Shown here: positions 19,973 to 30,344 of the stretch, one piece after another
How the letters are laid out: every line of letters starts with the position of its first letter
Position numbering within the stretch: the first letter of the stretch is position 1
Sequence record: NZ_CP156668.1
Length of the DNA stretch: 64,000 nt
DNA from: a plasmid
Direction: 5' to 3' (one strand)
Made by a program: the position numbers and the translations under genes
Notes under the pieces: model-generated
Seen by the model: only the letters and a program-made list of their open reading frames with translations
Database searches by the model: none
What the model was told of the DNA's origin: nothing

Positions 19973-22900
19973 TTAATCATTACGACGTTTCTTGATACCA
20001 AGAAAACCGAGTAAACTTCCAAACATTGCCAACAAAATACCAATAAATGACATTGTTTGACTTTGACTATTGTTTTCACCAGTTTGAGGTAATTCTGGTG
20101 AATTAACAGCACCGTTGTTAACTTTAGATCCTGTATTAGTCGACGTATTGATTACTCCATTGTTAGTAGCGTTACTTGGCTGGGAAGGATTCCCTGGTTG
20201 GTTAGAACTGGGATTTCCTGTGTCCGTACCATTACCTGGCTTCCCCGGTTGATTGAGCCCAGTGCCGCCATTGTTATCTGTTGCGGGGTTCTTCGTGTAA
20301 ACATAGGTAACAGTCTGATCCTGATCCGTAAAGCTCCCCGTAGGGTTCCCTTGGACTTCTTTGAAGGTGTAGCCTGGCACATCCTTTTGGGTCGTTGAAT
20401 ATGGATCGCCTACATTACCAGAAGCAATAACGTCGTCAGCAATTGGATTGCCACTTTCATCAACATACTTAGCTGTGACGTTTCCACCAGCAACTGGGTT
20501 CTTGGTGTAAACATAGGTTACAGTCTGATCCTGAGCTGTGAAGCTACCCTTAGGGCTACCTTGAACTTCTTTGAAGGTATAGCCGGCAATATCCTTTTGG
20601 GTTGTCGAGTAAGGATCACTAATATTACCAGAAGAAACAACATCGGTAGCAATCGAATTGCCACTTTCATCAACATACTTAGCTGTGACGTTTCCACCAG
20701 CAACTGGGTTCTTGGTGTAAATATAGGTTACAGTCTGATCCTGAGCTGTGAAGCTACCCTCGGGGCTACCTTGAACTTCTTTGAAGGTATAACCAGCAAT
20801 ATCCTTTTGGGCTGTCGAGTGAGGATCACCAATATTACCAGAAGAAACAACATCGGCAGCAATTGAATTGCCACTTTCATCAACAAATTTTTCAGTTAGT
20901 TTCCCAACACTGTTCCAAATAGAAGCAATTGGATTGATAGTTAAGTTGCTGATGTTAGTCGTTCCATTATCTGAATACACGTAAACACCATTTGTAGCTT
21001 GATCACCAATATTTTCTGGCCGCATAAAGAAGTTTTGGGTAATCGATTTTTCACCATTATTAGCAAAGGCCTCAATACTTGTTTCGTCAACATAAACCGT
21101 AATCGTAATTGATCCATCAGCATTCACTGTTGCGTTCATTTTGTCTCGTGGTGCACCCATGTTGGGTTCACCAGTGTTGAGTCTCTGAACGAAAAATAAT
21201 CCCGTAGTTAAATCATAACCAACTAATATATCATATTTTTTGTCGTCAGAAACACGCAGTTTAAAGCCGATTGAACTTGGTTTATTGCTCTCATCCCAAG
21301 AAAATGTTGCACTAATCTTGTATTGTTTGCCGTCATATTGAACTTTTTGATCAGTACTTGAAATTGAAAAAGCACTATTCTTTTGATCAATAACGTTGGC
21401 CTCTTCGTTGTTAGCAATTTCTTTGATCACAGTATTCGCCAGCAAATATCCGTCTGTTGTATCAGCATTCTGTTCGAGAGTTAGTTCGCGAGGAAGTGTC
21501 ATATTACCATACCAAGGTGTTGTATTAGCTTCTCTTGTATAACTCCAATTTGATTCCCAAGCCAACATAACTGTTCGACCGTCGGGCATATTGGAGAAAG
21601 GAATACCCGCATAAAAATCCTCTCCTGAATCCATCGTCATTGGATTTTGCAACGTTTTTGAACTCTCAGGTACCCAAGTTCCGTCGGCTGTCATATTACC
21701 AACATAATATTGCATCCCAGATCCTGTGGCATGTGCGCCTTGTTGGACACTGATGCAAAAGACCCACTTTGTTTCATTTGTTCCAGCTACCTTCATCGGT
21801 ACCAGTGATGGGCATTCCCATACGCCATTACCAACATCATTTTCACGTTCAATCTTAGAAGCATATGTCCAGTCCAACAGATTGCTAGATTTATAAATGA
21901 GGGCTTGCTGACCAGACACAACTGTCAAATAGTATTGTTTGTTAACCGCATCGTAGACCACGCTTGGATCGCGGAAGTTGGCGGAATCTCCTCCTTGGTT
22001 CATACTGGTTGGAATGATTGCCTGGGGATTAGCTGCATTACCATCCTTCGAATATTGAATAAACGTTTTGCCACCATCGAGGCTGTAAGCCAAATGTTGC
22101 TCCTGAATTTCTGTTAAACCAATCCACGTCCCCCATCCGTCTTCAGCACCATCATTTTTTCTAGTCGCGATCTGATAATCAGCAGTGTAGAAAGCCAGAA
22201 TGGCGTCTTTTCCTAAGCCACTGACATTGTTAGTGTCAACAACAATCGAGCCACTGAAAATAGCCTTTTTGCCGTCAGCGTCACCCCAATTTGTTGTTGG
22301 TACACCAACATATCTAACTTCGCCTTTATCTTTTAGCGAACCAGTTGTGTTGGTATACGTAAAGTCTTCCCACCCCTGATTCTGTAGCATTGGAATGGCA
22401 ACGTCCTCTTGTGTCCAATTAATTAAGTCCTTGCTGACAGCGTGGCCCCAAGACATATTGCCCCATTGGTTCCCCTTTGGATTGTATTGATAATAAAGAT
22501 TGTAAAGCCCTGTGCTGCTATCATAAAAGAGGCCATTTGGATCGTTGATCCAATTTTCATTACTGGAGTAATGAAATTGATTTCTGTATTGTTCATCATA
22601 CTGATCGTTTTGACTGATATCGGGGGTTGTAGCCTTAGCTGAATTGTCAACCGCTACAGTGGTAGTTGCTTTGGTTGCAATTGTTGTGGAAGATGTTGAT
22701 TGGTCAGTTTGAGATTGCCCTAAACTACTTTTTGCTTGTTCGTCACTTGTCGGTGATGTGGTATTCGAATTGACAATAGCCTTATCTGAATCACTTGTTG
22801 TAACAGGTTTTGTCACATCAGTATTGTTAGTGCTATTTGAGGCTACTTGATTTTTGTCATCATCTGTCTGACTGACTGTATTACTGGATGATGCCTCGCT

Positions 22901-23170
22901 GTCGCTTGAACTCGGCAAAGCAACTTGTTTTGATGATGCTTCAGTCGCTACGCCATTGACTGAAGACGATTGAGTAACCGACTCATCTGTTGTAGCATCG
23001 CTAGTCTGAGTGTTGCTTTGACTAATTTGAGAAGACGCAACGCTTGTCGCAGCGCTTACATTTTTCCCGCCATAAAAAAATGAAACGGTAAGACATGTTG
23101 ATAAGCAGGCAAATACCCACATGCCCTTGCTTTTATACATCTTGTAGTGCTGATTTTCATTAATTTTCAA
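19973..23170 (-). CDS. Cell-wall-anchored GH32 beta-fructosidase (FosE/levanase-like) with YSIRK-type signal peptide, 3 MucBP repeats and LPQTG sortase motif
   Basis: WINDPNG, FRDPSV, WECPS GH32 catalytic motifs; N-terminal KINENQHYKMYKSKGMWVFA signal; C-terminal LPQTG + hydrophobic + KKRRND; start likely TTG at 23170 after ggaggg SD. Confidence 0.85.
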   Translation of the reverse strand: MKINENQHYKMYKSKGMWVFACLSTCLTVSFFYGGKNVSAATSVASSQISQSNTQTSDATTDESVTQSSSVNGVATEASSKQVALPSSSDSEASSSNTVSQTDDDKNQVASNSTNNTDVTKPVTTSDSDKAIVNSNTTSPTSDEQAKSSLGQSQTDQSTSSTTIATKATTTVAVDNSAKATTPDISQNDQYDEQYRNQFHYSSNENWINDPNGLFYDSSTGLYNLYYQYNPKGNQWGNMSWGHAVSKDLINWTQEDVAIPMLQNQGWEDFTYTNTTGSLKDKGEVRYVGVPTTNWGDADGKKAIFSGSIVVDTNNVSGLGKDAILAFYTADYQIATRKNDGAEDGWGTWIGLTEIQEQHLAYSLDGGKTFIQYSKDGNAANPQAIIPTSMNQGGDSANFRDPSVVYDAVNKQYYLTVVSGQQALIYKSSNLLDWTYASKIERENDVGNGVWECPSLVPMKVAGTNETKWVFCISVQQGAHATGSGMQYYVGNMTADGTWVPESSKTLQNPMTMDSGEDFYAGIPFSNMPDGRTVMLAWESNWSYTREANTTPWYGNMTLPRELTLEQNADTTDGYLLANTVIKEIANNEEANVIDQKNSAFSISSTDQKVQYDGKQYKISATFSWDESNKPSSIGFKLRVSDDKKYDILVGYDLTTGLFFVQRLNTGEPNMGAPRDKMNATVNADGSITITVYVDETSIEAFANNGEKSITQNFFMRPENIGDQATNGVYVYSDNGTTNISNLTINPIASIWNSVGKLTEKFVDESGNSIAADVVSSGNIGDPHSTAQKDIAGYTFKEVQGSPEGSFTAQDQTVTYIYTKNPVAGGNVTAKYVDESGNSIATDVVSSGNISDPYSTTQKDIAGYTFKEVQGSPKGSFTAQDQTVTYVYTKNPVAGGNVTAKYVDESGNPIADDVIASGNVGDPYSTTQKDVPGYTFKEVQGNPTGSFTDQDQTVTYVYTKNPATDNNGGTGLNQPGKPGNGTDTGNPSSNQPGNPSQPSNATNNGVINTSTNTGSKVNNGAVNSPELPQTGENNSQSQTMSFIGILLAMFGSLLGFLGIKKRRND
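20270..20890. repeat. Three tandem ~243-bp in-frame repeats (MucBP domains), copies 2 and 3 ~95% identical at nucleotide level
   Basis: Visible near-identical blocks starting gttcttggtgtaaa(c/t)ataggttacagtctgatcctg... Confidence 0.8.
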
Positions 23171-23360
23171 CCTAATTACCCTCCTGTTTTTTAACAGCTC
23201 ATTCACATGACTGTTAGTCACCACTATTTGTTCTTCCACCACATTGAGCTACACCAAAAAAATTGTGAGAACTGAATCTCATCGACTTCTCAGTCCTGCC
23301 ATAGTTGTACTTATCACTGATAAATGAAGCACCTGCAATTAAAGTCACCCGTAACAGGAG

Positions 23361-23717
23361 CTATTTGACTTTGGGCGTAATGCCTGGCTGCTGACGAACC
23401 TTCTTTTGAAAATATTTGATTTTCTTGTCATAGTCGTCAACAACTGCGCGAACATTCTGCTGCCCTTTCCAACCTGAATACCCGAACATCAACATGCCCA
23501 GTGCACCCAGGACTAGGAGCACAATGCCAACGATGTTTAACCACAAGGTCTTGCCATGGAAGAAGTAGATCAGAACAATGCCAACGCCACTGAGAATGGT
23601 GCAAAGTTGAAACCAGTAGCCTAGGTTTTTCAACATATGCTTCTGATACGCAACTTCTTTTTCGTATCCCTTAGTCATTTCGTCAATTGTCATTTTGATT
23701 TTCCTTCTTCCATACAC
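23361..23717 (-). CDS. Small membrane protein LevX/FosX-like
   Basis: 118 aa, 2 TM, located between PTS IID and the fructosidase gene as levX/fosX in casei-group lev/fos operons. Confidence 0.5.
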   Translation of the reverse strand: MYGRRKIKMTIDEMTKGYEKEVAYQKHMLKNLGYWFQLCTILSGVGIVLIYFFHGKTLWLNIVGIVLLVLGALGMLMFGYSGWKGQQNVRAVVDDYDKKIKYFQKKVRQQPGITPKVK

Positions 23718-23726
23718 GTTCGTAGT

Positions 23727-24578
23727 TTAGTAAGACAGGCCAGGGTTGAAGAAACCAACTAATACACCAATAAGCGCAATTACTACGAGAATTAACATTG
23801 TCCAGATTGCTGATACATGTTTTTTTGTCATTAACCACCAACAAAAGAAGGTTACAGCAACCGTTAACAATCCTGGATAAATACTATCTAATTTATCTTG
23901 AAGATTTAAAAACACCTTACCATTAGCCCCAGTTAATTTAAGTGAAGTCGTAACGCTTACCCATGAAGCTAAAACGCCACCAACAACCATACTTCCAACG
24001 GTTCCAATAGCATGTCGAACAGCTGCACCTTGTTTACCAACTAAAAAGCTAACTGCTTGATCACCAAACTTATATCCCCGAAAATATAAAAATCGTTGTC
24101 CAAAATAAGCAATGAGTACCCAAGCAATAATATAGAATATTGCACCTAATGGTGAACCACCACTTGACATACCTAATGAAATTCCCAACAGAATAGGAAT
24201 TAAGGTACCGTCAATTAAGGAATCACCGATCCCGGCAATTGGCCCCATTAAGCCTGCCCGCATATCGTTAATCGTTTCTCCATCGATTTCCTTACCATCA
24301 GCGCGTGCTTGCTCCATACTAGCCGTGATTCCAACAATAACTGTTCCTAACATTGGATTAGTATTAAAGAAAGCAGTATACGCCTTTATGGCTTTAACTT
24401 GATCTTTATGCTCGGGATATAATTTTCTAAGAATCGGCAACATAGATGCCATATATCCAAATGTTTGCATATGTTCTTGAGAAAAGCATGTTAGTGCCCC
24501 CCAAAACCAACGATGAAATGACTTTGTCAATGTCTTTTGATCAAGCTGATTATGACTATTAATTTTGTCCATGATCAA
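23727..24578 (-). CDS. PTS mannose/fructose/sorbose-family EIID
   Basis: IID-type N-terminus ...FWGALTCFSQEHMQTFGYM...; follows IIC. Confidence 0.8.
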   Translation of the reverse strand: MIMDKINSHNQLDQKTLTKSFHRWFWGALTCFSQEHMQTFGYMASMLPILRKLYPEHKDQVKAIKAYTAFFNTNPMLGTVIVGITASMEQARADGKEIDGETINDMRAGLMGPIAGIGDSLIDGTLIPILLGISLGMSSGGSPLGAIFYIIAWVLIAYFGQRFLYFRGYKFGDQAVSFLVGKQGAAVRHAIGTVGSMVVGGVLASWVSVTTSLKLTGANGKVFLNLQDKLDSIYPGLLTVAVTFFCWWLMTKKHVSAIWTMLILVVIALIGVLVGFFNPGLSY

Positions 24579-25423
24579 ATATCCTCCTCGTCGTCGCTAT
24601 TACTTGGACCATCAGCGACAGCTTCAGATCCTGATGTTTTTGCCATCTCAACTTCATACATAATAACTGCAAATAATAGCGAAATAACCGTAACTGATAC
24701 CAAATTAAGTTTCAATGAAGCAGCAAGCGTAAATCCTACTAAAAATGGGATAAAGTCTGCTGCCCGCCCAATGATTTGGCGAAGTAAAATAGCAATCCCA
24801 ACACATGGTAACATTCCACCAACTGTGAATAGTGTCTTCATTGCTATCCCATCCATAGGCAGTGCATTTCGTAATGCCGTTACCGCTGTTGAACCATAAT
24901 AAGTTAATAACATGGTTGGTAAGAAAGAGAAAATCGCATGAGAAACCCATGGCCAGCCAAAATTAACTGCCGTCAGTTTATCCAACTTGCCACTATGAAC
25001 ATCTTTCCAACCAAAAGATTGCCATACCAAGTTCATAGTTGCGACTGCGTAATACAAAACTGTTCCAACGGTACCCACCAAAGTTCCAACTGATTTTGCA
25101 AGGTTAGCAGCACTACCGCCAAGCGGATTCAATCCTTGAGAAGCAATGGCGACCATTGCCAATGGAATACCAATATAAGAAATTGCACGAACATCAGCAG
25201 ATACTGTCCCACCGGGTGTCACTAACGCAATGTAAACCAACTGCATTGCAACACCACAAGCAATACCAAGTTGAAGATTTCCAAGAATAATACCACAAAC
25301 AAGCCCACCAACTAATGGACGGCCAATAGTGTAATTTCCAACTGCTTGACCAGCCATACAAGAATTCGAGCATAAACAAGCAAACAGACCTAATAGGGCT
25401 GCTTGAAGCCAGCTAATTGTCAT
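24575..25423 (-). CDS. PTS mannose-family EIIC
   Basis: Polytopic membrane protein between IIB and IID; typical size 282 aa. Confidence 0.8.
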   Translation of the reverse strand: MTISWLQAALLGLFACLCSNSCMAGQAVGNYTIGRPLVGGLVCGIILGNLQLGIACGVAMQLVYIALVTPGGTVSADVRAISYIGIPLAMVAIASQGLNPLGGSAANLAKSVGTLVGTVGTVLYYAVATMNLVWQSFGWKDVHSGKLDKLTAVNFGWPWVSHAIFSFLPTMLLTYYGSTAVTALRNALPMDGIAMKTLFTVGGMLPCVGIAILLRQIIGRAADFIPFLVGFTLAASLKLNLVSVTVISLLFAVIMYEVEMAKTSGSEAVADGPSNSDDEEDI

Positions 25424-25456
25424 TTTAAAATCCTCCTATCCTTTATCAATCATTGA

Positions 25457-25951
25457 TCAATATCCGAATCTCGATTTAAATTTATTCCAACCCCCTAATC
25501 GTTGATCTGGTAATAAAGCAAATTCCACGTTATAGCCATTCTTTTCAATAGCTTCAAACGCATCACCCTCAGACTGCGTAAAGGATTGATTATCTCCTAA
25601 TTTAATCGCACCTTCCCGATCATTACCTGGACCAACAATAATCGTCTTAATATCACCTGGTTTAAAATTCATATCCACTAAAATTGTTTTCATATCTTGG
25701 GGGTTTTTAGTAATCAAAAAGTATTTTGTTTCCGAACTCAAAACTTTGTCTCTGACTTGGTTAAAGTGATCAAGGGTCCAAACAAAAGTTTTTTTATCCG
25801 ATGCAGCCTTATAAGCCTCAGCTAAAATAGCGTTATTAGCTGCTTTATCGTTTACTGCAATAATTCCATCACATGGATACTCTTTACCCCAACGGACAGT
25901 TATAAGTCCATGAATCATACGATCGTCAATACGAACAAAAGAAATTGCCAT
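25457..25951 (-). CDS. PTS mannose-family EIIB
   Basis: MAISFVRIDDRMIHGLITV - phosphorylatable His in IIB(Man) signature. Confidence 0.8.
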   Translation of the reverse strand: MAISFVRIDDRMIHGLITVRWGKEYPCDGIIAVNDKAANNAILAEAYKAASDKKTFVWTLDHFNQVRDKVLSSETKYFLITKNPQDMKTILVDMNFKPGDIKTIIVGPGNDREGAIKLGDNQSFTQSEGDAFEAIEKNGYNVEFALLPDQRLGGWNKFKSRFGY

Positions 25952-25966
25952 TTTAATATTTCCTCC

Positions 25967-26401
25967 TTAAATGTCTTCATCAGATGATTTCAATATTCCA
26001 TTCATATCTAAGGGCCTAATGGCCTTAGTTGCTTCTGAAAGAAGCTTACTCTTCAATTCGATATTATCTAAAGAATCTTTAAACATCATGGCAGTTAATG
26101 CCATTGGGAAATTCATCCCCCCAATAATGATGCTATCATTGAATTTTTTTTGTCTATTTAAAACATTACATACTGTGGTAAGGGGACTACCACCAATAAT
26201 ATCTGCCAAAATAACAAACTGAGAATTCTCTGGTATTGGCTTCATAGTAGTATCAATTCGCTTATCTAACGTATCAATAGCTTCATCAGGTTTTAAACCA
26301 ATGGATATGACTGTATTAGTTGCATCACCCGCGAACATACTTAAAGTCTGTTTTAAACCATTAGAAAAATCACCGTGACTAATGAGTAACAAATACTTCA
26401 A
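25967..26401 (-). CDS. PTS mannose-family EIIA
   Basis: MKYLLLISHGDFSNGL - IIA(Man) His motif. Confidence 0.8.
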   Translation of the reverse strand: MKYLLLISHGDFSNGLKQTLSMFAGDATNTVISIGLKPDEAIDTLDKRIDTTMKPIPENSQFVILADIIGGSPLTTVCNVLNRQKKFNDSIIIGGMNFPMALTAMMFKDSLDNIELKSKLLSEATKAIRPLDMNGILKSSDEDI

Positions 26402-26536
26402 TTCACTTTCCTCCTAACTCAAGAAATTTTTGAATATATTTTCTAAAAATGATACCTATCATCATTTATTAGGGATAGCACCTTCTTTATCATTAAATAA
26501 TATAAGCAGCTTCGAATTCGAACTAGACTAAAAAAT

Positions 26537-26550
26537 AGTTAGCGCTTACA
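26537..26550. promoter_or_regulatory. cre (CcpA) site AGTTAGCGCTTACA in the divergent PTS / levR-like intergenic region
   Basis: 12/14 match to TGTAAGCGCTTACA optimal cre; adjacent ttcgaattcgaa palindrome at 26511-26522. Confidence 0.55.
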
Positions 26551-26625
26551 ATGTATATATTAGGCATATAGATATAAAAAGTCATCAAAATATTGTGCTT
26601 AATTTTAGACAATAGTGCTTAAGGG

Positions 26626-29163
26626 GTGGAAATTTTGAATGCAATAGAAAAACTTTATGCGGTTATCGCACAACAGTTTCCTAACGGTCGTATTACTACG
26701 AACCAAGCAGCTCATGCAATTGGGCTGACACGTGGTGTGACTAGTAGTTATCTATCAAAATTAGAAAAACAAGGGCAATTGGAAAAATCTGGAAGCAGAC
26801 CAGTATATTGGCAGATTAAACATAAAAAGAATGCTTTTGATAACTTAATAGGCTCATATGGCAGTTTAAAATCCAATATTAAAAATGCTATAGAAGCCAT
26901 TGTCTACCCTAGCCATGGTTTACCGGTTCTTATTACAGGTAGTCATGGCACTGGTAAACTATTATTTGCTCACGCCATTTACAATGAAGCCATCAGACGT
27001 AAAATCTTGACTGAAAAGGCTATTTTTAAATTGATCGATTGTGAAGATTATCGAAATCAGTTAAACGTGCTGAAAAGAGAATTGAAAACTATTTCTACCC
27101 AGTCTAACAAAATCAAATCTGAAGATAGTTACGTGTGTATTAAAAATCTACAGACATTTAAGCCTGTAGATCAGCAAGGTTTATTTACTTATATTATGCA
27201 ACAACCCGATAGTACCGTTCGTTATATTTTTTCAACGACTAATACAAACCTCAGTCTTCAAGATAACATATATTTAAAAAATGCTATGGTGAGAATTGAC
27301 TTATTGGACCTTGATAGCAAGCCTTTTCATGAGAAAGTTGCTTTTATTATTATGTTCCTACAACAACAAGCCGATCAAATTAACAAGAAGATTTTAATTT
27401 CACCATCTGAACTTATTAAGCTGGCCAAGCTTAGACAAGCTGATAACATCAGAGGCCTGCAAAATACAATTAAACTACTGGTAGCGTCAGCCTACGCCCG
27501 ATCCTTAAAAATGAATCAGTTAGTTATTGGTTTAGATGTAAATCATGCTATCTCCATCATACCTAACCAGAATTTATTACAAACTAGCATAACTAGGGTA
27601 GTCAACAATATCCTACAGCTTAATTCCAACTCACACACTTTGCTCACGCAACTCACAGATTCACTTAACCGTGGCGAACCTATCACAGAGCAAAATTTTT
27701 ATTTGCTTAAGGTACTTAAGCAAGTCAGCATTATTACTAACGAACCGGCATTGCTTAGCTTAGCACCGACGCTTAAAGCAGCCGCCCAGAAGTATATTAC
27801 TACTCCCTATGGCGTTAATTTTCCACAAAATAGTAATTTTTGGAATCAGATTGCTTTATCTTCCATCTATGCTAATCTTTGTAGCATCAACCTACCAGAT
27901 GATGAACAATCCTCCAAACTGCAAGAAGCTTTAAGAAATCATTACCCGAGAAGCTACTATTTGTTCAAAAAATTGCTGACCAAAATTGAACCTCAATACG
28001 TAAAAAATAGTTATTATTACCTTCCGTTTTTCATCTTGATGGCATCAAGCACAGATAAAATTGAATCTGTGCATTATAACGCTATTTTATTAGCACATGG
28101 AGAACAAACTGCTTCTAGCATTCAACAAATAGCAAATACATTATGTGGTAATTACTTTTTTGAAGCCTTTAATATGCCAATAGATATTTCCTTAGGAGAA
28201 ATTAATACTTATGTCTGTAATTATTTGTCTGAGCAAGGTGATTCTGCAAAAGGAAATATTGTTCTATTTGATATGGGCTCACTACACCAAATGTTTAAAG
28301 AAATTAAGAAAGTTTCTGATCAAGAACTTCTAGTTGTTAATAATATAACAACTGCAATGGCGCTTGATATTGGTCTTCAGATTCAACGCAACGAACCATT
28401 TCTTGCTATTGCAGAAGCAAGCCAGAAATACGGCGCTACTACTGATTCTCAATACTATGAGGGATTATCGAATAAACAAAATATTATTGTTTCTTGCATG
28501 TCAGGAGTCGGTTTATCCAAGGAACTTAAAAAGCTTATTCAAACAACTCTGTCATCATCCTTAGAAATAATTGCTCTAGATTATAAGCAATTACACAATT
28601 TACTAATCAACCAAGATCATCAATTTTTTTCAAAGACAAAATTAATCTTAACCACAACCGATATCAATCATGATTTAGATATTGCTATTATAAATGTTTA
28701 TAGCATTTTTGATAAAAACATTTCTTTAAAATTACAATCCATATTGTTATCAATTGGTGAAAGTTATGAAGCCTGCAAATTATTGATTGATCGCTTACTA
28801 CAGTTTCTTTCAATTGAGGGCATTCGTGGACGTTTACAAATCTTGAACCCCAATATTGTAATTAAGGATAGTCAAGACATTGTTACTCATTATGAAAATT
28901 TCTATGATGTTAAATTTAATCCTAGATTAAAGCTCAATTTATATATGCATCTCTCGCTAATGATCGAACGAATGATTATGAATCATACAAGCTCCGATAA
29001 TTTGATAAATAAAATGACATTGACTAGCCAAGAAAGAGATTTTTTCACATTGTCCAACGGAATTTTTAAACCTATAGAAAAAAAATTCAATATTGAAATC
29101 CAACCATATGAAATTGAATTAATTTATCAATTGATCAAAGATTTCATAAAAAACAAAAGTTAA
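26626..29163 (+). CDS. LevR-like PRD/EIIA(Man)/EIIB(Gat)-domain transcriptional activator with degenerate sigma54-type AAA+ domain
   Basis: N-terminal wHTH; GSHGTGKLLFA Walker-A-like but no GAFTGA or DE Walker B; NAILLAHGEQTA (EIIA-Man-like His), IIVSCMSGVG (EIIB-Gat-like Cys), PRD-like C-terminus. Confidence 0.7.
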   Translation: MEILNAIEKLYAVIAQQFPNGRITTNQAAHAIGLTRGVTSSYLSKLEKQGQLEKSGSRPVYWQIKHKKNAFDNLIGSYGSLKSNIKNAIEAIVYPSHGLPVLITGSHGTGKLLFAHAIYNEAIRRKILTEKAIFKLIDCEDYRNQLNVLKRELKTISTQSNKIKSEDSYVCIKNLQTFKPVDQQGLFTYIMQQPDSTVRYIFSTTNTNLSLQDNIYLKNAMVRIDLLDLDSKPFHEKVAFIIMFLQQQADQINKKILISPSELIKLAKLRQADNIRGLQNTIKLLVASAYARSLKMNQLVIGLDVNHAISIIPNQNLLQTSITRVVNNILQLNSNSHTLLTQLTDSLNRGEPITEQNFYLLKVLKQVSIITNEPALLSLAPTLKAAAQKYITTPYGVNFPQNSNFWNQIALSSIYANLCSINLPDDEQSSKLQEALRNHYPRSYYLFKKLLTKIEPQYVKNSYYYLPFFILMASSTDKIESVHYNAILLAHGEQTASSIQQIANTLCGNYFFEAFNMPIDISLGEINTYVCNYLSEQGDSAKGNIVLFDMGSLHQMFKEIKKVSDQELLVVNNITTAMALDIGLQIQRNEPFLAIAEASQKYGATTDSQYYEGLSNKQNIIVSCMSGVGLSKELKKLIQTTLSSSLEIIALDYKQLHNLLINQDHQFFSKTKLILTTTDINHDLDIAIINVYSIFDKNISLKLQSILLSIGESYEACKLLIDRLLQFLSIEGIRGRLQILNPNIVIKDSQDIVTHYENFYDVKFNPRLKLNLYMHLSLMIERMIMNHTSSDNLINKMTLTSQERDFFTLSNGIFKPIEKKFNIEIQPYEIELIYQLIKDFIKNKS

Positions 29164-29404
29164 AACACGATCTACCCTTTTACCAAAATGAGCAGAGAGA
29201 CTACTATGATATATTGATACTATATTTAATCTATTTCGTTTAGTATCCTTTACTATATATAATAAGGAGGCCTCTAATGCTAGCTTTTCTGTCAACATCA
29301 TTCATACCATCCAATGATAAGATGTGGTCACGAGTTGGCATAAATAAAAATCAACAATTCCCGCCATTGGCAATAGATTTAGGATGACGTTCCCTTAATT
29401 TTGA

Positions 29405-29490
29405 ATGGTGTCCATGGTCTTAGTTAAATCTTTCTTGTTTCTGCCCAATTGATTCAATTCAGTAACTATGACAACACCACCTTAACAAAT
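29405..29490 (-). pseudogene. Short serine-recombinase fragment
   Basis: Translated VVIVTELNQLGRNKKDLTKTMDTIQN* resembles resolvase segment [19 protein letters not shown]. Confidence 0.35.
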
Positions 29491-29770
29491 CATAATTTGG
29501 ATAATAGTATGTTCCATTTGAAAGCTAAGCCTTATAATTAGCATAGGGTTAATAGCTCTAATCAAAATACCCATAAAAGGCCTGCTCAACTAACAATTGA
29601 GTAGGCCTTTTGTAGTACAAATTAATCCTTATCACGACTAACCTCAATAGCACAACAGGTATAAATAGTGCCTAAAATTCCTAAATAAATTTCTCTCACA
29701 ACTGTTTAATAAAGTGGCAGTCCCCGTCGTACGTGATTAATTAAACATTCAATTCTTAAAACACCTATTT

Positions 29771-30325
29771 TTAAATCGACTTAAACCTTCGCTGTTGCGT
29801 GCGTTTACTAATCCCCGTCTTTCGTTCAATCATCTTATAAGTCATGCCTTGTTTTCGCAACTCATAAGCAAATCTGATCTGTTCATCAGAATACGTTTTC
29901 GGTCGCCCTTCCCGAAACAACGGATCATGTTGCTTGGCATACAATTTACCTTCTTGTGTGCGCGTGACAATCATATCGCGTTCAAACTGCGCAAAGGCGC
30001 TAAATATTGTAAAGACTAGTTGTCCAGTCGGCGTATTGTCAATTAAGCCCATATTCAAAATGTTGACTTTGACATTTTCTTTAAACAACTCTTGGATAAT
30101 GGCTAAGGCCTCGCGCGTGTTCCGTGCAAACCGATCCAACTTAGTAACAATCAAAGTATCGCCTGTTTTTAGAACGCGCAACAGTTTTTGAAACTCCGGT
30201 CGTTCGGTAGTTGTGCCGGTAAACTTTTCTTGAAAGATTTTTTCTGCTCCTGCCAATTTTAGTAACTCAATTTGATTTGCTAATTTTTGATCAGTGGTAC
30301 TGACCCGCGCATAGCCATATTTCAT
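29771..30325 (-). CDS. Serine recombinase (resolvase/DNA invertase)
   Basis: [13 protein letters not shown]...; 184 aa; C-terminal HTH. Confidence 0.9.
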   Translation of the reverse strand: MKYGYARVSTTDQKLANQIELLKLAGAEKIFQEKFTGTTTERPEFQKLLRVLKTGDTLIVTKLDRFARNTREALAIIQELFKENVKVNILNMGLIDNTPTGQLVFTIFSAFAQFERDMIVTRTQEGKLYAKQHDPLFREGRPKTYSDEQIRFAYELRKQGMTYKMIERKTGISKRTQQRRFKSI

Positions 30326-30344
30326 CTTTTTCTCTCCTTATTTA

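Noticed and set aside
20270-20890. Possible CRISPR-like or other non-coding tandem repeat array
   Set aside because: Repeats are 243 bp, in-frame and encode MucBP domains inside a continuous ORF. No short repeat-spacer periodicity anywhere in the window.
26402-26625. Sigma54 (-24 GG / -12 GC) promoter expected upstream of a LevR-controlled PTS operon
   Set aside because: No TGGCAC-N5-TTGCA-like element found on either strand. The activator itself lacks GAFTGA. A sigma70-type control region with cre is more consistent.
29119-29301. 60-aa minus-strand ORF at the 3' end of the LevR-like gene
   Set aside because: Overlaps the regulator stop and an AT-rich spacer. No motif or RBS.
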